Assembly (NCBI GenBank): GCA_965116495.1
Contig: OZ220696.1
Span: 4,128,001 to 4,192,000, forward strand
Direction: 5' to 3'
DNA length: 64,000 bases
Source: Gammaproteobacteria bacterium
Lineage (GTDB): Bacteria; Pseudomonadota; Gammaproteobacteria; Eutrophobiales; Eutrophobiaceae
Positions 58,735 through 64,000 of this stretch are shown piece by piece; within the stretch, counting starts at the first letter, position 1; every line of letters begins with the position of its first letter. The notes beneath the pieces are model-generated. The model was given only the letters and a program-made list of their open reading frames with translations, made no database searches and was not told the DNA's origin. A program made the translations under genes and the position numbers.

Positions 58735-61128
58735 ATGATCATCTCCCCGAGTAATAACTCCAGGTTTCGCGAAAAACTACGCTTATGGAGAACCCTGTTC
58801 ATCCATCGCTGGCACGCGCCACAGACGCTAGGGGAGCAGTATGGACAGCCCGGTGCAGGAATGCGGTTTGAGCATATCAACCACCGGGAATCCCTGACTC
58901 AATATCTCTGGCGCTACGGCGCCTTCGCGGAAAACAGGGAGGGAACAGGGAGAGTGGGTATCAAGTCTAACCCGCCCCTGCAAAAAGGACTACAAGTCAC
59001 CATTAAGGAACTTCAGAGAGAAGCGCCAGGGTTACTGTCCAGCGCTGTCGAGTACGCAATATTCAGATATGGCATTCCCGATAGTGCTGTTAATGAGGCT
59101 GTAATGCAGCAGCACAAATTAAAGTTGGATGAATTGGCATTGCAACATCCTGCCATTGTTGAGTTTGCCGAGAAGTTGTACCAGTTGCACCAGAACATGC
59201 TCCCGTTTTATTTGCAGATGCGCTACCTCACGTGGGATGAACTCCAAGATTATAATGATGGGAAAATGCCGATGTTGTCCCCGCTACGTCCTGTAGACGG
59301 GACTTCTCAAGCCGGGAAAGACCCTGTTTTTGTTACCGGCGACCCCGCCACCGCGCTGCTCGATACATTTTCCAGGAATATTTATAATGCGCTATGCTGG
59401 CGTGCGAGGTATGAGTTATTCAAGGTGATGCCATCGGCTACCTCGGCTGGGACAGGAAAGAAGGGAATGTGGTCAGCCGCCATTATTTCCGATGAAGTAA
59501 AGAGGTTTTTCGTTACGGATGAAGCATTGATACAAACCCTCTCCAGCCTGGATGAGCTTGCGTTCCCCTGGTTGTTTCGTGCCCTGGCAACCTTCAAAAC
59601 AGCGGTTTCGACCATGATTACCGCCATGCCTATGTTCATCATCAAGAATTTTTTTCGTGACACACTGGCCGGTTTTGTCGCGGGACGATATTGGCAAGTC
59701 CCGTTCTTGAGCACACTGGTTGGTGCAGGTAGTGCGATTCGTGACATGGCGACTGGTGAAGATAATCTGATGCGGAGTTATTTACTGCAAGGAGGATTTT
59801 ATTCCGGACTTGTCGAAGCTGAGGTAAGTATGGATGTAAAGGTACACGCGTTATTCGATAGCCGGCGCTTCCCGAAGAGCCGAAAATTTCTTAAACGCCT
59901 TGTGCACATATTGACCCGACCAGCCTGGGTAGCTGAGGCAGGAACGCGTGTTAGTCAATATGATGAGGCCCTGACAGCAGGAGCTAACTGGTATGATGCG
60001 ATACGAGCCGCCCGCATGGTTTCATCGGACTTTGCCAACATAGGCGCCTCCCGAGGCTGGCGAATGTACGTTCACACCGTCCCTTTTCTGAATGCGGCCA
60101 TTCAGGGCTTCGACCAACTTTATCAGATAGGCCGCCCTGAATATCGCGCTGATCCGGATGCGCCAAGATGGGGGAAGAAGCGCAGGCAACATGTCAGGAA
60201 GACACTATGTGCCGGGGTCATTCTGGCAGGCATGGCCTTTGGGATTTGGTCGTGGAATACCGGTGATGAGAACCGCCTTGAGCAATATCTGGGAGAGACA
60301 GCCTATGAAAAAGCATCCTACTTGACTCTCTATGATGCTGACGGCATGGATATCCGTATTCCCGTCCCCTTTCAGATAGGGGCTGCTTTCATGAAACTAC
60401 CTGAAATTAGTTTTGACTTGTCCTCGGATACAAATACCCTGGCAGGCCCTCGATTTGCGTGGTCGTTGATTCAGGGTAATCTGGCAGTGAGCTGGTTGCC
60501 GGCCATCCTGCAACCCGTCTGGGAGGTCAAAACAAACCGGAATTTCTTTGGCGCTCCCATTATACCGGGTTACATGATGAATTGGCCGGCCAGCCGCCAG
60601 TTCCATAGCAGGTCAACGCCGGAACTACTGATCCAGGCCGGGCAACTGACAGGTGTTTCGCCCTTGCACCTGCAAACTTTCCTTCGCAGTTGGACCGGCC
60701 ATCTAGGCAACCTCGTTATCACGAGTGTAGATGAAGCCACGTGGGACGTGGAACGATATGGGGAAAAACCGTTCCCGAGAACCTTTGGCCTTGCAACTGG
60801 CTTGGCCAGTATACACGCGCCACAATTCAAACCCTACGACCGCTGGAGTGAGGAATATTATAAACTGGCAAACTGGGGTGAAGCGTGGTCAAGAAGTAGC
60901 CATGATAGAATCCCTGAAGCAATGATCATCAATCAAATTCACGGCATGGTACGGGGTGACCTGCGAGATATACAGCAAGCAATAGACAGTATTCCGAGAC
61001 AAAAAAGCGTGTCCAGAGTGGAGAAGGAGCAACGAATAGCCAGTCTGTATTCGACAAGATTGAGAATTATTGAAAATGTGCTGCCGATAATGTGGGAGCA
61101 TTATAACAAGTGGAAACAGGGTGATTAG
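58735..61128 (+). CDS. LPD38-like (large polyvalent protein-associated) domain protein
   Basis: KNFFRD, VPFLNAAIQG, IRIPVPFQIG, NRNFFGAPIIP and SPLHL motifs resemble LPD38 regions of phage polyvalent proteins. Confidence 0.65.
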   Translation: MIISPSNNSRFREKLRLWRTLFIHRWHAPQTLGEQYGQPGAGMRFEHINHRESLTQYLWRYGAFAENREGTGRVGIKSNPPLQKGLQVTIKELQREAPGLLSSAVEYAIFRYGIPDSAVNEAVMQQHKLKLDELALQHPAIVEFAEKLYQLHQNMLPFYLQMRYLTWDELQDYNDGKMPMLSPLRPVDGTSQAGKDPVFVTGDPATALLDTFSRNIYNALCWRARYELFKVMPSATSAGTGKKGMWSAAIISDEVKRFFVTDEALIQTLSSLDELAFPWLFRALATFKTAVSTMITAMPMFIIKNFFRDTLAGFVAGRYWQVPFLSTLVGAGSAIRDMATGEDNLMRSYLLQGGFYSGLVEAEVSMDVKVHALFDSRRFPKSRKFLKRLVHILTRPAWVAEAGTRVSQYDEALTAGANWYDAIRAARMVSSDFANIGASRGWRMYVHTVPFLNAAIQGFDQLYQIGRPEYRADPDAPRWGKKRRQHVRKTLCAGVILAGMAFGIWSWNTGDENRLEQYLGETAYEKASYLTLYDADGMDIRIPVPFQIGAAFMKLPEISFDLSSDTNTLAGPRFAWSLIQGNLAVSWLPAILQPVWEVKTNRNFFGAPIIPGYMMNWPASRQFHSRSTPELLIQAGQLTGVSPLHLQTFLRSWTGHLGNLVITSVDEATWDVERYGEKPFPRTFGLATGLASIHAPQFKPYDRWSEEYYKLANWGEAWSRSSHDRIPEAMIINQIHGMVRGDLRDIQQAIDSIPRQKSVSRVEKEQRIASLYSTRLRIIENVLPIMWEHYNKWKQGD

Positions 61129-61129
61129 C

Positions 61130-61714
61130 TCACCTATTTACCGTGCCTGAGTGGTGAGCGAGTTGACCGTCCACACCGTTGAAGAAAAGAGATACACCTT
61201 CCATCACATCGCGAATGTTCTGAAGGTCGATCATTCGGTACGGGAGGACGAAAAGGACACCCTCTTTATCGCTGGGATAACGAAACGCCTGCGCCGATTT
61301 ATCCAGGCCGTGGAACTCTTTGATCACCCCTTCGACAACAGAGATAGCATCACTCTCTGACCCCACCTCAATGATAATCTGTTTACACAGATGCCACAGT
61401 TTCCAGAGATTATGGTGTTCAATATCATCGATGTGTACTGTTGAATAGCTGCCATATTGAGTAATAACCCATTTTGTTGCCAGTTCAATTGCATGTCTGT
61501 AGTTGAACAGAAGGGGATAGATCAGGAAGTGTCGCTCGTGGCTGTGTTCCTCGCAGGCCTGAACGAGCAACTCACCCGCTTTCATGTAGCCGTCCCATAT
61601 AAATACGTGCCGGGAAATTTCGTCGTTTGAGAATGTTGCTCCATGATCCCAGACTTGGGATTCGCGTAGGAGTCTATCGCCCTCCTTGGGCAGACGGTAT
61701 TTTGATTTTATCAC
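61130..61714 (-). CDS. Hypothetical protein, HEPN-like fold
   Basis: YPLLFNYRHAIEL, HNLWKLW, D...FRYP pattern. Confidence 0.55.
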   Translation of the reverse strand: MIKSKYRLPKEGDRLLRESQVWDHGATFSNDEISRHVFIWDGYMKAGELLVQACEEHSHERHFLIYPLLFNYRHAIELATKWVITQYGSYSTVHIDDIEHHNLWKLWHLCKQIIIEVGSESDAISVVEGVIKEFHGLDKSAQAFRYPSDKEGVLFVLPYRMIDLQNIRDVMEGVSLFFNGVDGQLAHHSGTVNR

Positions 61715-61863
61715 TTTATCAAGAAGAAGTGTTTTCCAATATGAAATGAGCCTGAAGGGGGGACGCCTATTTAACCAGAAACATGTGCTAAAATCCTACG
61801 CGTTAGCTTTAGGCAGGATTGCGAAAGCAGAATAAACACTCGGATACATGGCAAGGTTAAGTT

Positions 61864-62160
61864 ATGAGGATATTGATCCCATATTTATCATCTATGCTAT
61901 TAATATCGCCCGTGGCTAACAGCGATGATTCTTCTATGTGCTCTTACATACAGGAAAGATGTGATGATGAAATAATAAGCGGTAATTTCGACGGATTATA
62001 CTGTCAAGTATATCGTTTTTGTACTCCTAACTGCACCTACCAACTTGATGTCTGTATATCTGAAAAGATACAAAAGGGATCAAATACGGGGGAACGCTGT
62101 GCTGAATGGGTGAAATGCTGCGATGATATCTTTCCGTATAAAGCTAGAGGTTGCGGATAA
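61864..62160 (+). CDS. Small secreted cysteine-rich protein
   Basis: Signal-like N-terminus, 10 Cys in the mature region. Confidence 0.55.
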   Translation: MRILIPYLSSMLLISPVANSDDSSMCSYIQERCDDEIISGNFDGLYCQVYRFCTPNCTYQLDVCISEKIQKGSNTGERCAEWVKCCDDIFPYKARGCG

Positions 62161-62204
62161 TATAATGACTGGCCTGTAAGAAGGTCATAGTGCGTATTAC
62201 GTAG

Positions 62205-62474
62205 ATGAATATGAAAAACTTGATTGACAGACTTATTGACATTTGGCACCTGCTCCGACGTTTTAACGAGCTGGAGAAAAAGTTACAAACTCCAACGACC
62301 ATGGTGGGTCAGATAAACAATTTTGGTTCGTTATTTTTCTCTAATCAACATTCCTTCGGCCCAAAAGAAAAAATTTCCAGTAGAACCATTGACTGCATAG
62401 AAGTTATTTCAAAGGAAGAATTTGAGGCTCTCCCGGAGAAGAATGATAGAACACTTTATCTCACTATGCAGTGA
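62205..62474 (+). CDS. Hypothetical protein with phage tail-protein-like C-terminal motif
   Basis: ISKEEFEALPEKNDRTLYL resembles the xTxxEYDAL.xKDxxTLY tail motif. Confidence 0.45.
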   Translation: MNMKNLIDRLIDIWHLLRRFNELEKKLQTPTTMVGQINNFGSLFFSNQHSFGPKEKISSRTIDCIEVISKEEFEALPEKNDRTLYLTMQ

Positions 62475-62547
62475 AATCCGAATCCACTCCCGCCGGTTTG
62501 AAACAGTGCTAGTGATGATAGTTGTCTTCTAAGATAGGTAAGATCCT

Positions 62548-63117
62548 ATGTATGCCATTTATAAAAAATCCCAGGATCAAGATTCCTTTCGATATCGCTT
62601 TCTGGGAAGAATATCGCTTTTTGGTTGCAATATTGGTTACATTCCGTGGTTACTAAGCAAACAATTTTCTGTCAATTCCGCAGAACCTTTGCCTTGGCAT
62701 GTTAACGTCGAAAGCAGTTTGAAAGGTGTGGAGCAAGAAGATCAGACGCTTGTCACTGACCTTAAACCAAGAAATAAAGAAGTAAATCTCTCGCTTTATG
62801 AAGTAATGAATGTTTGGAGCTATTCCGATGCGGGGTGGTCCCCAATAATGCTCCACCTCAGGGGCTTATTCATTGATAGAAACCCTGAGAATTATGATAA
62901 AACAAAATTCACTCGTTTCCGATCGAAAGTTGATGAGCCGATTTTTTCAATGATGTATCTCCAAGGTACTGTGAAGGGAGGTCAACTTGAAGGGCGTTGG
63001 ACGCCACCCGGACCGAGTCCAACAAATTCAGTGCTGCTTTGGCCGAAAGCTTACGAATATTTTTGGCAGCAGGCCAAAAGGATAATTGATTCTACTGCCC
63101 ATGCCAGCAGTGATTAG
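62548..63117 (+). CDS. Hypothetical protein
   Basis: 189-aa ORF with SD-like AGGT upstream, AT-rich. Confidence 0.65.
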   Translation: MYAIYKKSQDQDSFRYRFLGRISLFGCNIGYIPWLLSKQFSVNSAEPLPWHVNVESSLKGVEQEDQTLVTDLKPRNKEVNLSLYEVMNVWSYSDAGWSPIMLHLRGLFIDRNPENYDKTKFTRFRSKVDEPIFSMMYLQGTVKGGQLEGRWTPPGPSPTNSVLLWPKAYEYFWQQAKRIIDSTAHASSD

Positions 63118-63137
63118 ACAGTGAGCACTCAAATCAA

Positions 63138-63395
63138 ATGCCAGAGATAAGCCGTTTCCTGGGAATAATCATCCGAATGTATTTTCGCGATCATGCCCCC
63201 GCACATTTTCATGCGGAGTATGGAGAGTATGAAATAACGGTTGATATTGAGACCGGGGTGGTTTCCGGCAGATTTCCGAAAAGAGCCCTACGAGCCGTTA
63301 TGGAGTGGTGTGAGTTGCACAGGGATGAATTGATGGCAAACTGGGAAGCTGCGAGGGAGCGTAAACCATTGTCAAAAATAGAACCGTTGGAGTAG
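63138..63395 (+). CDS. DUF4160-family protein (putative TA component)
   Basis: MPEISRFLGIIIRMY..DH...HFHA...IEPLE. Confidence 0.9.
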   Translation: MPEISRFLGIIIRMYFRDHAPAHFHAEYGEYEITVDIETGVVSGRFPKRALRAVMEWCELHRDELMANWEAARERKPLSKIEPLE

Positions 63396-63398
63396 TCA

Positions 63399-63635
63399 AT
63401 GTTCATTCACGTCACAAATGCGAAATATATCAGAGACTATCAGGTCTGGTTATCTTTTAATGATGGAACGGAAGGGATGGCTGATTTAGGCTCGGAACTA
63501 TATGGAGAAGTGTTTGAGCCACTTAAGGACAAGGAGTTTTTCAGGTCATTTTCCCTTGAGGGTCATACTCTCTCATGGAGCAATGGCGCTGATTTTGCGC
63601 CTGAGTTTTTGCGTGAGCAGGTCTGCGCCGGGTAA
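63399..63635 (+). CDS. DUF2442-family protein (putative TA partner)
   Basis: FNDG, GEVFEPL, WSNGADFAPEFL. Confidence 0.9.
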   Translation: MFIHVTNAKYIRDYQVWLSFNDGTEGMADLGSELYGEVFEPLKDKEFFRSFSLEGHTLSWSNGADFAPEFLREQVCAG

Positions 63636-63860
63636 CACCCGGATTTATCCAGGTCGCGAAACTCTTCTATCACTAAACAATCCCAACAACTGATTTCACG
63701 AAGCAATCTGTGAACTAGCATCTTTATTTACACTTCGCAAAATGGGCGAATGTTGGCTCTTAGACCCGCCATTCTTGGCTTATTTTGTCAATTAGTATCG
63801 TACCGAGAACATGGCATAATTCAGCATGGTTGGCACTGGCATCAGAGTAATACTGTATCA

Positions 63861-64000
63861 ATGACAGAATATGTCTGTGCGTCGTGTATTGGTGAAGATG
63901 CACTCAAAAAATTCATTGAATGGAACGCGGACGAAACGCATTGCGACTTTTGTGGTGAAAGCTATGACAAAGATTATTCGATTCCGATAGATGATCTCCT
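63861..64000 (+). CDS. N-terminus of a probable HEPN/RES N-terminal Zn-finger domain protein (runs off the window)
   Basis: MTEYVCASCIGEDALKKFI...HCDFCG, two CxxC pairs. Confidence 0.55.
   Translation, partial: MTEYVCASCIGEDALKKFIEWNADETHCDFCGESYDKDYSIPIDDL

Noticed and set aside
58081-63860. Integron cassette array (GTT-like sites at 58094 and 61802)
   Set aside because: No paired RYYYAAC/GTTRRRY attC hairpins after the genes and no intI
1-64000. CRISPR array, rRNA or tRNA genes
   Set aside because: No regularly spaced repeats or recognisable rRNA/tRNA sequence; repeats are dispersed palindromes

Overview
GC-rich, Gammaproteobacteria-like chromosomal segment dominated by catabolic genes. 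It carries a minimal TTQ amine dehydrogenase cluster, a FecI/FecR/TonB-receptor island flanked by a 17-bp direct repeat, an HDAC-family deacetylase with an NSS transporter, and a TBDR/nitrilase/Rieske cluster. Further along are matB-DUF485-actP, an NpRdhA-type catabolic reductive dehalogenase directly upstream of paaABCDE-paaX (with a clear PaaX operator), putA/putR and a solitary squalene-hopene cyclase. Near the right end is an unusual module of a PLP dehydratase, MocD-like desaturase, MocE-like ferredoxin, XRE-cupin regulator and divergent soxBDAG. The last 6 kb is an AT-richer island with HEPN-type proteins, a stand-alone LPD38-like protein, a DUF4160/DUF2442 pair and a truncated HEPN/RES-NTD gene. 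Intergenic spaces are rich in palindromic repeats (REP/REPIN-like families, an IS5-type MITE, an IS256-type end). The best candidates for undescribed systems are the MocD/MocE-SoxBDAG-dehydratase module, a riboswitch-like leader at 49.66-49.78 kb and the terminal island. All calls come from motif reading alone; no database searches were run.
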